This document shows, piece after piece, positions 1 through 12,460 of a stretch of DNA of 64,000 bases. The stretch's first letter is position 1. Every line of letters begins with the position of its first letter. A program made the position numbers and the translations under genes. Source of the stretch: Euprymna scolopes (lineage: Eukaryota); assembly GCA_053919585.1 (NCBI GenBank), contig CM132814.1. The stretch is one strand, 5' to 3'. The notes under the pieces were generated by a model, which searched no databases, was not told the DNA's origin, and was given only the letters and a program-made list of their open reading frames with translations.

Positions 1-226
1 ATAAATAGTGCCACAATATTACATACAAAAATTAAAACAGCACAAACACCTCTTATGTATTCATCTCCTAAAACAAAATATAACTGCCAAAAAAGCATAA
101 ATTCAGGCTATAAAAAGATTGTAAGATGTTCTATATTAATATACAGTAATCGAGCAACGTGTTGATTCTTCTATTAAAGATCCTACTTAAATGAGATATT
201 TCCCACTGATCATAATTATCATAATA

Positions 227-995
227 CTAGCATTTCAGCCCGGCTTTGTCCAGGTGATTGGATGTGTATGTTGAGCAAAAAAAAAAAGTGGTAGTAGGAA
301 AGCAGGCTCGAACCCGTTCGCCAAATGTAGGAAAGGACGGGGAAAAACCTGATGTCTTTGCTGTTACAACCAACACCAAACCGGAAGTGACGTAGAATTT
401 ATTTAAGGCTAGACAATCGAAAGCAGAGGATGACTTTCAAAAATATCGCCGAACAAAGCGCCCCCCCCTGTAGAAAAGTGACAAGTCGAAGGTGAATATA
501 TTAATGTTTTAGCCAACTTTTCGATATTTGACATCTGAAAGGTCGAACTCTAAAACCATACTGATCTTGGTAAAAATCCGTCGCCTCTGTCGAAAGTGTT
601 AGGCAGACATGCAAACATGAAAATTTTCGATTAAAAGCTTGCCCTATATCTGAATACTCTTTATGTCCAATTTCAAATGTTTAGACCAGAAATTTTCTGA
701 GTAATTTAGTAGATACCGCAGAGGTCAACTTTTTTTAAAACTTTGACCCCTATTATGATCCCTTAAAATTCATTGTGTTGGCCTCAAATCAAGTTATTGA
801 TTTAAATCCATATCCAAGGGTCGATATTTAAAATTTCAATTATTATATCCTAAATTGGCGGAAGAGTTTGGTGGAGTTCTCAGAGTTGAAATTGTTGAAT
901 TTGACCCTTTAACAATAACATTTATGGTGGAAATCGGACTACAAATAGTTTCCCCAAACCCAGTAGTCAGTCTGTATATCAAATTATATATGTAG
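227..995 (-). mobile_element. Non-autonomous Helitron-like element (degenerate)
   Basis: On the minus strand a GC hairpin (cctggacaaagccggg) lies about 10 nt before a terminal CTAG (227-230), the usual Helitron 3' end. A 5'-like ctacatatataa occurs at about 995. The boundaries are approximate. Confidence 0.45.
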
Positions 996-1715
996 TTTCT
1001 TGCTTCCTTATATTTCTATTGCTGTGTAATTTAATAGCTTAGTAACTATGCCTCGCAGATAAATGTGGTGTACATAGGGACTTTTTTTTTCGTATTCATA
1101 CTACGTTGTTAAATGTGTGATAGCAGTTCACGCGTGATTTATAATCTTATAGTTCATAGTATTTAATAATTAATGATGTAACTGTTTTAACGTTGTATTC
1201 TGCAGTATAGTTAAGTAAACATAGTCGTATTTTCTCTTTTACTAAAAGTAATAAAATTTTATTTTATAATCAATATTTCTTTATATATTTTACTGGCAAT
1301 ATTAGAACATTTATTTATAATACGAATTACACGTTCTTTTACCGGAATTAAAAAAAAAAAAAACATAAACATATTTTACAAAACTTATTTAATTAGGAAA
1401 ATTGTATGTTGTAATTTTTAAAACCTAACCAGAATTTATACATAAATAAAAACTGTTTAACACCACACGTTTGCAAATAGTGTAAGACAAGTGCTGTTTT
1501 AATTTATTTAGATTTTTAAGAATTTAAGTAAGAAACAACGTAATGAATGCACGGTAATGCTAGTAAAATGTAATTTAGAATCAAATTGAAAATAATAAAG
1601 TAATCCTACTTAATATAATTTGTATAACGTTCTCTGGTTTATCTATCTATACTCCTATGGCTTCGTTTTTCTTTTGTGTGTATTGATATTCATATTAAAA
1701 ACCCTCTTTTATATT

Positions 1716-2440
1716 AGTATTTATTTGCCTTCTCACCAGAGCAAAATGTGAGACGAGGTCGTTTTTAATGTGGGTTTATTTCAGCTCTCTAAAAAAAAGG
1801 GAAAAGCGCAGTCCGGTTTGGACAAAAACTAATAATTGTCCTAGTGTAGAGGGTTCCCCTCTGATGACCGCGACAAATTACCCTTACGTACAGAACAGAT
1901 ACTTTGCTTTTATCCCGACCAGAAGGCCAAGAACAACAGGGTATTTATTTGCTCCCCCATCGAGCAAATTAGGCACAAGGCCGATTTTTAATGTGAGGAG
2001 TGAGGGGGAATGGGGACAACTCTCCGGGGAGTAGGGGAGCTGGATAGTTACAATTAGTATGAAGGGTTTCCCTTACATTGATCAAGGTCTTATATGTGGG
2101 GTCGCCCCAACATATGATCTTTGCTTGCAGTATCTGTCGGAACAGATACTACACTTTGATCTCAGCCCGAATGCCAAGAACAACAGGGTATTTATTTGCA
2201 ACCCCACTGAGCAAATTAGGCGCAAGGCCGTTTTCTAATGTTGAGAGTAAAGTGGAAATGTTACCAACTCCCCGGGGAGTAGGGGATCTGGAGAGTGACA
2301 ATTGATATGAAGGGTTTCCCATACATTGATCAATAACTTATATGTGGGGTTGCCCCCACATATGGTCTTTACTCGCAGTATCTGAGGTAAAAGATACTGC
2401 ACTTTGATTTCGTCCCGAGGGCCAGTACAACAGTTTATTT
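1716..2440. repeat. Diverged tandem repeat, about 247-bp period; related copies at about 6820-7190
   Basis: The motif gccaagaacaacagggtatttattt recurs at 1926 and 2173 with a variant at 2421. Segment 1716-1915 aligns by eye with 6893-7100. Confidence 0.75.
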
Positions 2441-3299
2441 AGTGTTTGACCCCGGCCCTTGCATTATCTACTGCCAGAACCTCATTGGGGGTTCAAAGCA
2501 CTTAGGCATAAAGCCGGTAGGGTCAATGGGGGTCGAGGGTCATTCTAACTATGATCTAAGTCTTTGAGTAGACTTTATTAAGTTCCCTACACTAAGACAT
2601 TATCAGCATAATACCTCTTTTTACCATGGAGTTTATCTACTTGAAATCTCCCCAGCGCATGAGTCGGCTTTATATACAATCTGAAAACATGAATATTTAC
2701 ATGTTAACAAAACCAAAATTATATATACAAACACAAATGATTTTTTTAAAATAAATGAGAGATGAGATGATGGGGAGCGGGCAAACTAAGATACACCCAA
2801 AAATAAAGAAAAATAAAACAACTAAACAAAATGCCTATGGAGGCGGGCTAGTAAGGGTCCTCCCAACCTACTTCTGAATATGGAGCGACCACTGTCTTCC
2901 GGTCCCGAAGGTTGAAAGCAAGTAAGTCGATCCCTAGTTGGAAGTGAGGAACCTAGGTACGATATTTCGAATTTAAATTAGGTAAAGTTGTGTGATGTTG
3001 GGAATGGATAGCGTTTTCCAATACAAATGTAAGTGTAGTAGCAACAGACCGGGGACAAACAAAGACTGGATTGCGCATCTGTGAAAGCTCCTTTAGTGGC
3101 GATGAAAAATAAAATCGGGGACTGGATCAACTATCGTCTTTGCCCTAGTCTAGCACCTAATAAACTTATTTCCACTCGACGTTGTTACAACCTATATAAC
3201 CCCACGCTAAAATAATTTGCTCGGGGCTGGGTTCCGTAGGACCTTTAGCACCACCTGACCAATACTTCTAGGGTGGGAAAACAAACTCAAACCTGCCGC

Positions 3300-5950
3300 C
3301 TCGTCGGATGCTTAAACTAGTTTTGTGCACCCATCTTCTATCAAAGTCTATACGATGTAATCTTTTCTAATCGCATCTGATATTAACTTTACGCCGATTC
3401 GAAACACATTCAACCATATAGACAATGTTTAGATGTGTAACCCACATCACTAATCTAGTTACAGCTTAGGATTGCGAAAAACACCAAACGTTTTTCACCA
3501 GTAAAAAGCGGGTCGATTTTGTCCACGACATACACCAAATGAAGTGGCACCAACCGCTCCGGGTCAATGCGAGCCGTTACCTCTCCGATGTGCACCCAGA
3601 GCCTCCGAACCTCCTCGCAGCGGGGGCAAAAGGTAACGTATTCATCCTTCTTGCAGACCCTCACAAACACGCCAAAAAGTGGCAGCGCATTCCGGACAAG
3701 CCGCCATGTCAAAGAAAATTATGAATTATTTGTGTAGCTTCTGGCTGGCGCCCAATTCCACTGAGAGAGGGCCTCCTCTCTAAACATGCGCAACCGCTCA
3801 ACCAGCGGATCTCTTGCGGTACCCACCACTAAATCTCGATATAGCCTCCTTCTAGGCCGTGCAAGGTCACTGGACCCCGGCAATGCCCGAAGGGCGGCTC
3901 GGCATTCCCATAGAAACTACCGTTCCCCCACCTGTCTTTTGCGACCTTTAGCGGCAGGGGAGGATATTAGCTGTCGAACAGCTTGCTCCACTACTGGTGC
4001 CTAATGCAATTCCTCAAACAGTTTTCGACTCATGAACTTATGACTTAATAAGTCAGTCATTCACAAGCCTCCCTCACTGAGTTACTGTGTACTGGCCTGT
4101 CTACGGATATACGGCTTTCCCCTTTCCACAATAGTTAAAAAATGGAATTGCTCTAAATCCTTACAGCGAACCGCAAGCAGGGGAAGTACTGACAACCGGT
4201 AAAGGATCAGCACATCCAAGACCTTTCTGACCATTTCACCTTCGTCTGTACCAATTTTTATCCAGCTGGAGTCCAGGCCCGAACCACACACCGAGAATAC
4301 TCACCGGGTTATCCGTCTAGCCGAACTCACCTGGAAGCGAGTCTACCCCGGTCAAGCCGCCCAACCAGAAGCCAAAGGACTTACTGCGATTGAATACGGC
4401 CACTGTGACTTCTTCATAAGCAGCGACCGCCGCCATCGCCGCTTCAGTAGTGTGACAACTCCTTTGGTTACCTGTTCAAGGCTGGATCCCTGAGCAAGCC
4501 ACTGGTTAAACCCGCCCATCAGTAGAGGAACAAACATGGGAGACGTCCTCAAATACAGCGATATTGGGCGGGTAAAGGTGACACTGAGTTGCACTTCAAG
4601 GAATTTTATCGGGTCTTTGATTCTTTTTAAATCTACGTACAGGAGGTTCGCGAAATTCTTTATTTGCTTCGTTTGCCTCCAGTTTAACTCTGCCAGTGCG
4701 TCCGCCGTTTCTACCTTAAAATATCCACCACAAATAGAAAGGGCAGCTCTCTTGTCTTTTCAGTGGTTGTCACTTTCGGCGAGGTTACTGCCTTCTCTTC
4801 TTTAACAACTTTGTCGTCTGGGGCTTCTACCTCCTCCTCAGCTTCCTCCCCCTGTGGGTTCTGCATAATGGGTATAAAAGACGAGAGGAGTATTCGGCTC
4901 CATCGTGGTGTGGGGTCTGGAAGTGTTCTCAGGAGCAGGGTTGTTGTCTTCTTTCGCCTTTTTCTACATTCTCTTCTTACCCTTCTTTTCTGTCTCTTCC
5001 TCCGATTCTGAGGAAGGCGGCACCAATTTCCTTTTTTCACACCCTCTTTCGTCCTCTTTTCTGCTTAGGGTGGACTTTTTCTTCTTCTCGACCGTTTTCC
5101 AGTCGGACGGGTGTTTCCCTTCCTCTCTGCTACTTTTGCATCTTTTGGCGACGGAGTTGTTGCAAAAATAGCGGCCTGGCTGTATGTCTTGCTTGACTCT
5201 GCTGGCACTTTTAGCGGGCACGGCTTTACCATGTAGCCCGGCTTCTGGCAATGCCAGCAACATAGTTGTATTCCTTCAAATATAAAGGGCATCGTCCAAC
5301 GTTCGCACTCCAGCTGTGGGGGATGGAGTTAAGATATCTCTGTCAACTTTCATCATTATGTGGTAGTCCCTGGTCTGGATATCCTTGGGCCCCGGACTGG
5401 GTCACCGCCTCAACGTCTCCATGTTGTTACAATATCGCACCGGAAAATTCCGCACTTATGCAGCATGGGACCTATTACCGACACTAGCGTCCTTCTTTTC
5501 TCCATATATTATGCTTTGAATGTAATCCCTTTCCAGATGAGACCCCCTATCGCGAGCCTCTCCGCTTTTTTTTTGTATTCACCAGATGTTCCCACATTGC
5601 ATGGCTGCGCCTGGTGAAGTATAATGCCGTGACATTCTGAGCTACAAATATCTCCTACCAGCCCTTTCTTCTTGGTGCCCAATATTAGAAATGGCACACT
5701 CCTGTCGCGCAAGGTTTCTGATGTGCCTTTATTCCTCCGGGATCCTCTGTGCCTTTAGACCCCATGGAGATTTGCCAGGGCTTCTCCCCTGTACCGGGCT
5801 AGTCCGCGACTTGTCATCCTGCGCCTTTTTCCCTTACTTTAACTGGCATCTCTCTTTGACGCTGGTGGACCTGCCTCCACTCTTTTTGTCGTCGTATCCA
5901 GATTTGCAGACTGACACTTCCTTAGATATTTAATCGTCTGCGGGATGCAT
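3300..5950 (-). mobile_element. Degenerate Tx1/L1-clade non-LTR retrotransposon with internal deletion
   Basis: An ORF1-type zinc-knuckle remnant CWHCQKPGYMVKPC (5065-5292) is followed by a Lys/Glu-rich tail. A post-RT motif ILYRLSVLPL lies at 4082-4291 and a zf-RVT-like WRLVRNALP...CPRC at 3455-3712. The RT core is not seen, and there are many frameshifts. Confidence 0.7.
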
Positions 5951-6208
5951 ACTGCTGTCCTCAACATTCTCCATGCATATCGTTAAGCCTATGGATATAT
6001 GCTACGGTCTCTAAAGCTCCTTGGTAACTGCCATAACCCTCCAGGGTAATCTTCGAGCGAGCTCTTTAAGCTTTCCGGAGTTGCAGCCATTTACTCGACA
6101 AAATAATGCCGGTTGAAGATGCGAACTGGAAACATCCCCCTCGATATCTCCCGCCTCGCACGCTTGAGCTGGGCTTGCAATCGGGGGTTCATCGGGTGTG
6201 ATACCTAT

Positions 6209-6500
6209 CGACACGAACACTTGGGCAGCACCAGGTGGTGTGCCCTCAAACTGACCATCGACACGAACATTGGAGAACCACAGTGGGTTGTTCCCCCCGG
6301 ACCGGTTGCTGGGGTACCACTGTGTCTGGTGCCCCCGCCACAAACATTGGATCACCACCGGGTTTGGTACCCCTCGAACCGATCACTGGAGTACCACCGA
6401 GTGTTGTGCGCCCCGCCACGAACATTAAAGCACCACCGGATGGGGGCCCCCCGAACCAATCACTGGGGTACCACCGGGTGTGGTACGCTCCGCCACGAGC
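6209..6500. repeat. GC-rich tandem repeat, about 77-bp period, upstream of the Tx1-like ORF1
   Basis: cg(a/c)cac(g/a)a starts at 6259, 6336, 6414 and 6491, with a partial copy at 6209. Confidence 0.8.
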
Positions 6501-6819
6501 AAAAAGCCCCACCTGTGTTGTGCCGTCCGATTCGATTCCTACACAAGGGGCGTCCCTGCTCCCTCTATGCGCTGGCCCAGTTCATTCCCTTGACTCGCCG
6601 GTTCCCCTAGATCTGCAGTCTGCTTTAGTCATGTTCTGACATTGGATAAGCTTGAAGAGATCGAAAAAACTGTTAGTCAAAAAACAACATCCGTAAAAAA
6701 CAAGGTTTAAGGGACCACTAACCCTAAGAAGGGTCGGTCCATATAGTGAAGCAATAAAAACCCTTGAACTTATCCAACGAGGGTAAAGTGTGTAGTCCTT
6801 TTAAAAGAGAAAGCCAGTA

Positions 6820-7190
6820 TACTGAGAACAGATACTCCACTCTTACTTGGTCAAAATGCAAAGAAAAACAGAAAAAGGTAACCACTGTTTCTAGTAGTAT
6901 TTATTTGCTTTCCTACCAAAGCAACATATGACACGATGTCGTTTTTTAAGTTGGGGTTAAACCAGCTTCCCGACAAAAAGCAAAATGGGCACTCTGGTTG
7001 GGACCAAAAATAGTAATTGTCCCAGTATACATGGTTTTCGCTCCATTGACCGTGACAAGTAGCTTAAGTGCAGCATCTGCGGAACAGGTACTAAACTTTG
7101 AGATATTATATTTTTATTCACAAGAAAAATACAATTGCGGAAATGAACAAAAAAATTTAGGCACGAGTCCAACTTAAAATGAAGGGTGAT
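6820..7190. repeat. Further copies of the 247-bp repeat family
   Basis: gaacagatact at about 6826 and ggaacaggtact at about 7081. The segment tgggaccaaaaatagtaattgtcccagt matches tggacaaaaactaataattgtcctagt at about 1819. Confidence 0.65.
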
Positions 7191-8457
7191 GTTGGGGTTG
7201 GTTGATCCATCGAGGCTTTATTGAAAATTTTAAAAGATTTCTCTCTCAGCCAGAATATTTTATCATGGCTACCTTTTTACATTTGTATTTATGGTTCTGT
7301 GTTGGTAGGGGGTGTGTCTACTTAAACCCAATTTCAAAACATTTTTATTTATATCCATAAATACAAAAACATAACAATATTATTATTAATAAAATTGCAT
7401 TTGTGTCGAGGGACATGGGAAAATAAAACAAAAAAAAAACTGATTGGTATAGCCCCCGCAACCCTGTTTTAAATTCCAGACCACCCGTTTCGCTTTCATA
7501 TTGAAACAAACAGTGTTTCGCTGGTAGTCTCCAAATTGAGGGGGAGGGGTGAGTCTTAAATAGGGGTGAAAAGAGCAAAACTTGCGGTGAGCGAGAGGCG
7601 GGTTAGTGTTTGATTTGATTTCCTCCAAGATGGGATGAATTTCGAGAGGGAGGTGCAAGAGAAAATGTGTTGTTTTTTGGGGGTGGGGGGCTTAGAGGCT
7701 TTCTAATAAAGGAAACAAGATTTATTCGGCTGGCTGAGAGGCTACAGGAAGAAAAATTGGAAAGTGGTGGAGGTCCAACGGAAAACCCAGAACCGTGCTC
7801 AACCAAGACCGTCTTAAATACAAGATGGCCGGTAAGCAAAAAAAATTTAATCTGATGACGTCATCACGGATAGTCCCTTAGTTGCTTGACACCGGTAGTC
7901 ACCGGTAGTCACTCGTAACTCGTAACGTCTTGAAGTCAGTGTAATATTTCTTTTTTTATTAAAATGCCTTCACGGTGCATCGTTCCAAATTGTCGAGGAA
8001 ATTATCGTAAAGGACCAAAAAGTGACAGTATTTTCATTTCCGAAAGATAAAGAATGATAATGCAGTAAAAAAAAAAGATTTTACACCATCTCCATTCAGC
8101 AAAGTAAGTTTTTACGTGGCCCCACTGTATTTAACACGATTTAACTATAATTTAATTCAAGATTATCATCCTAAGTTTTTATACCATTAAAAAGAAGAAG
8201 CTTCAAATAAATTGGTAATATTAAAAAAAAAAAAATTACAGCATACAAAACTAATGAAAATGCGAGACAACATCGACTCTTTAAAACACGTTCTTTTGAA
8301 GAGACGATTTTTTCAAGCTGTTGACACACATGTTTTACAAATCTAGCAAAAATTAATTTTCCTGAAATTTTTCAATATTTAAAAATAAATTATTCCGGCT
8401 GATAAAATTGTTAAACTTTTTTTAAAGCTAGAAAGATACAATTTTAAAATAGATATT

Positions 8458-8518
<61 letters not shown>

Positions 8519-8578
8519 CTAAACTAAAAACTAACGCGCGTTCACTCGTGGTCTTAAAGTTCATTTCATTAACGTAGT

Positions 8579-9169
8579 TGGGTTTGTATTAATGTACACA
8601 TAGATTCGAAAAAGTTGTCAAAAAACAAATATATAACAAAGAAATGTTATCAAAGGCAAGATAAGTTACTTTTCTACCAACTATCTTTCGTGTTTTTATT
8701 CAATGTAACATGTTTATTCAGCTCGAAAAACATACATTGTTTACCGATGTATTCGAAAATCCAAGATGGTGTCTGATTCTTTCTTTAACACGGTAAGTTT
8801 GGGATAAGGTGTTATAAATAAAACACTATACAAAATACTATAGAAACCCGCCGAAATATGTCAACCTATGTCACTGTAACATATATTGAGCGAGTTTTTC
8901 ACAGTATTTATCCGGTTTTGTATTTATAACACCTTTTCCCAAACTTACCGTGTTAAAGAGAGAATCAGACGCCCTCTGGAATTTCGAATACATCGGTAAA
9001 CACTGTATGTTTTTCGAGCTGAATAAACATGTTACATTGAATAAAAGCACGAAAATATATATCCAGTTTGGTAGAAAAGTAACTTATCTTGCCTTTGATA
9101 ACATTTATTTGTTATATATTTGTTTTTTAACAACTTTTTCGAATCTACGTGTACAGTAATACAAACCCA
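8579..9169. mobile_element. Palindromic MITE / foldback element with about 250-bp inverted arms
   Basis: 8579-8825 (tgggtttgtatta...gtgttataaata) is the reverse complement of about 8918-9169 (tatttataacac...taatacaaaccca) with few mismatches. The spacer is about 90 bp. Confidence 0.85.
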
Positions 9170-9352
9170 CGTATTTTAACAAACTGAAAATATGGATATA
9201 AAAAAAATGATTTTGCATGTTATTTTTGTTATGTGGTGAAATAATCTTAAATAAGAAACATGATTTTTTTCTTTAGGTTAATTATTTTTTTACTGTGCAA
9301 TATTTCATGAATTTATTAAAAATAATGTTTTTGACTTTGAAAAAATATTATG

Positions 9353-9745
9353 GTTCATTTGCATTTAACAATATTGAGGTTCATTTTGATTAAAAATATT
9401 TATTTTGATTTAAAACAATATTGTTCATTTTTATTAAAAATAATCATTTTGATTTAAAAAAACATATTGTTCATTTTCATTAATAAATATTCATTTTGAT
9501 TTTAAAAAAATATTGTTCATTTTGATTAAAAAATATTCATTTAGATTTAAAAAAAATCATTTTGATTAAAAACAAAAGTCATTTTGATTTAAAAAATACT
9601 GTGCATTTTGGTTTAAAAATATGATTCATTTTGATTTAAAAATATAGTTCATTTTGATTTAAAACTATTGTTCATTTTGATTTAAAAATATTGTTCATTT
9701 TGATTTAAAAATATTGTTCATTTTGATTAAAAAATAGTTTAATTT
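9353..9745. repeat. AT-rich minisatellite, unit about 20-25 bp (ttcattttgatttaaaaatattg)
   Basis: About 15 or more visible imperfect copies. Confidence 0.9.
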
Positions 9746-10404
9746 TAATATTTGTTTATTGTCTTAACTCATATCAAATATTTTGCTTGAGTTCTGCTTC
9801 AAATATTAATAATCTTACATGCATAATTTTCATTTAATTATATTAAATAAACTTCAAGTTTATTTCAAATCAAATCGTGTTCCTTCACTTTTTTAAAATG
9901 TAATTTATAAGTAATTAAAGAACACATTTAATCTTTAAAATCTATAATACAACGAAAGATTAAATTGCTTATAATACTTAAACAAAGAACTTGTGCTTTT
10001 TATTATTTTTTTATTATTAATATTAGATGAGTTTCAGTATAAATCATCGTGTTTTTTCTTTATTGCTTTATTTTAATCCAATTTTGAAGTTTTTTAACGC
10101 TGTCTGTAAAAATTACTGTTCATTATTGACAGTCTAAGAGTTCCACATATCTTGCTTGTTGGAACCTCGGCGATGATGTCATTTTTTCAGCTGGCCGGCC
10201 ATCTTTATAACGAAGGCCACGGCTCAACACACCTAGGCGGGGAACACGTATTAAAATTTGGCCCGTCTTCGTATACACAGACTTGCTACTTGTATCCATC
10301 TTCTTTCAAACGCCACGCGATGCAGCCTTCTTCTGTCGTTTCTGATCTTTACTCGTAGTGAGTGTTATAGAAACAGATCAGATCAGATATATATATATAT
10401 ATGC

Positions 10405-10440
<36 letters not shown>

Positions 10441-10724
10441 GTGTGTGTGCATGTGTGTGTCTGTATATGTGTGTTGGTCTGCCTGTTTATTTAAGAAACA
10501 GCATGGCCGTTAAAAGTAACACAATTGACCTAAAAATCAATAAAGAAAATTGTGAAATATGAATAAAACAATTAAATCATAGTATTAAGAAACTTATCTC
10601 TTTCAACCAGAGGAGAAATGCAGTGCAAGCTTATATGTAATATCTAGAAGGATGGGATAAAACATTAATATATACTGAAAGTGAAATATGTGCTAAAGAA
10701 TATAAATATATCGTGATATGTTTG

Positions 10725-10778
<54 letters not shown>

Positions 10779-10839
10779 ATGTGTGCGTATGTGCGTTGGT
10801 GTGGGTGCCTGCATGTATATGATAGAGTAGAGTATTCCT

Positions 10840-11013
10840 TTTAACACAAGACGTCTTTCGCCATTCTCTTCAGGACTGAACAATGGCATTTTGATTTTAA
10901 AAGTAGGTGGGTAAATGTAAATATAGATGAAAATGGCTTATTTACAATTAATATAAAATCAATATGTACATGAAGAATGATAAGAGAGAAAAGACAAAAA
11001 GGGGGCGTATATA

Positions 11014-11044
<31 letters not shown>

Positions 11045-11074
11045 CTGTGGGGGCATGTGGCGTGTGGATATTGA

Positions 11075-11123
<49 letters not shown>

Positions 11124-11950
11124 ATATTTCTTTTAAAAAGTAGATTTCTTTTAAAAAGTAAATATATAACTTTCTACAAAGAATCTGCAAAGTCCAACGT
11201 ATTAATGGCCCTTCTCTGTCAGCAGAGAGATGGTTGAATCGTTAAATAGAGACAGCTTCGATAATTTTAAGATAATTACTCGGTCTGCCTTGAAATAGAA
11301 TTGCAAGAATTTGTTCTATTATGCAAATCACATTCTGGATTATCCAATAAATGTTTGCCAGTCGCGGAATCTAAATAATTGTGAGTAGAGTTGAGGAAAA
11401 TTCTATTTTTATTTTTATATTGTAAACATGAAGGAACATGTTGTCCGACTCTTATTTCAATATGAACGCTTAATCGCCTCAGTCAGACAGCATCACATTG
11501 ACACTGGAATTTAGGTATAATATTACTAAGTTTGGTGGAGTAAAATTGCGTTTTTAAACAAAGAAGAAAGTACAGTTCTGCATTGGAAATCACGCGAAGT
11601 CGAACAGACGGAAAACAAGTGTTGACAATCTGCTTTACTTGGTAAATGAGATTGACGCTTTTTTCCAACTCATGACAACTTAATAAATATAGGACATTTA
11701 GAAGGGACAATGGTGCCGTCTTTATAAAATCGGTTAATTTTTAATTTAATACATTTATAAATAATGAATTCCAGGTAGCCGTTATTGACCAGGAATTCTT
11801 TAATTTTAGTAATTTTAGCATCTAGTCGATAAGATAAACAAATAACCTAGACACTATGTCCTGACATATACATCAAAGCCAACTTAGGGCGGTCGGTGTA
11901 AATGAACACCATTAAGTATATAAACCTGTAAAAGTTGGTTTTCTCTATAT
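10840..11950 (-). mobile_element. Penelope-like element remnant (RT C-terminus plus GIY-YIG endonuclease, 3' pseudo-LTR)
   Basis: Minus-strand translation gives PTFTGLYT*W (RT thumb), SNIIPKFQCQCDAV...IRVGQHVP and DSATGKHLLDNPEC...PSLC*Q, which match Penelope GIY-YIG motifs. A hammerhead-like core lies at the 3' end. Confidence 0.75.
10841..10880 (-). ncRNA. Vestigial minimal hammerhead ribozyme motif of the Penelope pLTR
   Basis: The minus strand reads CTGAAGA-g-aatgg-c-GAAA-gacgtc-TT, giving the core boxes, a 1-bp stem II and a palindromic stem III. Stem I pairs poorly. Confidence 0.45.
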
Positions 11951-11989
11951 AGAGAAGTTTATTTTTAATTAGAAAAATGATATGAATGT

Positions 11990-12460
11990 ATTTTTTTCTT
12001 TCTTTCGGTGTCCAGTTTGGTACTGCAGACATCGACAAACATTTCTCTCCATTATTTTCTGTTATTAGTTATTCCTATGAGCTGTTTGTTTGCGCCGTTT
12101 TTATTCGTTGGCAATTTGTTTAAACTGTGATTTTGTGCGTTGCCTTCCTCTACACCTGTTTTTGCATATTTTGCAAATCTATAGCAGTTTTTCCTAGTCT
12201 ATCATCCCTGGTTATCTGGCCGAAAATGTGGTTGTCTTTCTATGATGTTATGGAGTAGGGAGTTATTTTATCTTTTGCATTAATTTATTTTTTTTTATTA
12301 GACTTTTATGATTATCCTGATAAACCCCATCTCCGCTGCTTCTAGTAGCTGTTCTGCGTCTTTGGTTCGCGTCTAGCACCCGTATTGAAGAAATGACTAC
12401 ATGTAGGTTCATATAACATATATCTTATTCTTGAGGCGTATCTTAAATTTGGGAAAATAT
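11990..12460 (-). mobile_element. RTE-clade LINE 3' remnant
   Basis: Minus-strand fragments FGQITRDDRLGK, RGRQR and NRK*WREM resemble the RTE C-terminal FGHI.R/RGRPR/DR..WR motifs. Confidence 0.5.

Noticed and set aside
7852-7866. CTGATGA core / TGATGACGTCATCA palindrome (CRE-like)
   Set aside because: There is no GAAA box or stems, and no nearby gene evidence for a regulatory role.
8379-11237. ORFs with YIYIYI runs (also near 19340, 20951, 22098, 35550)
   Set aside because: These are translations of (TA)n microsatellites.
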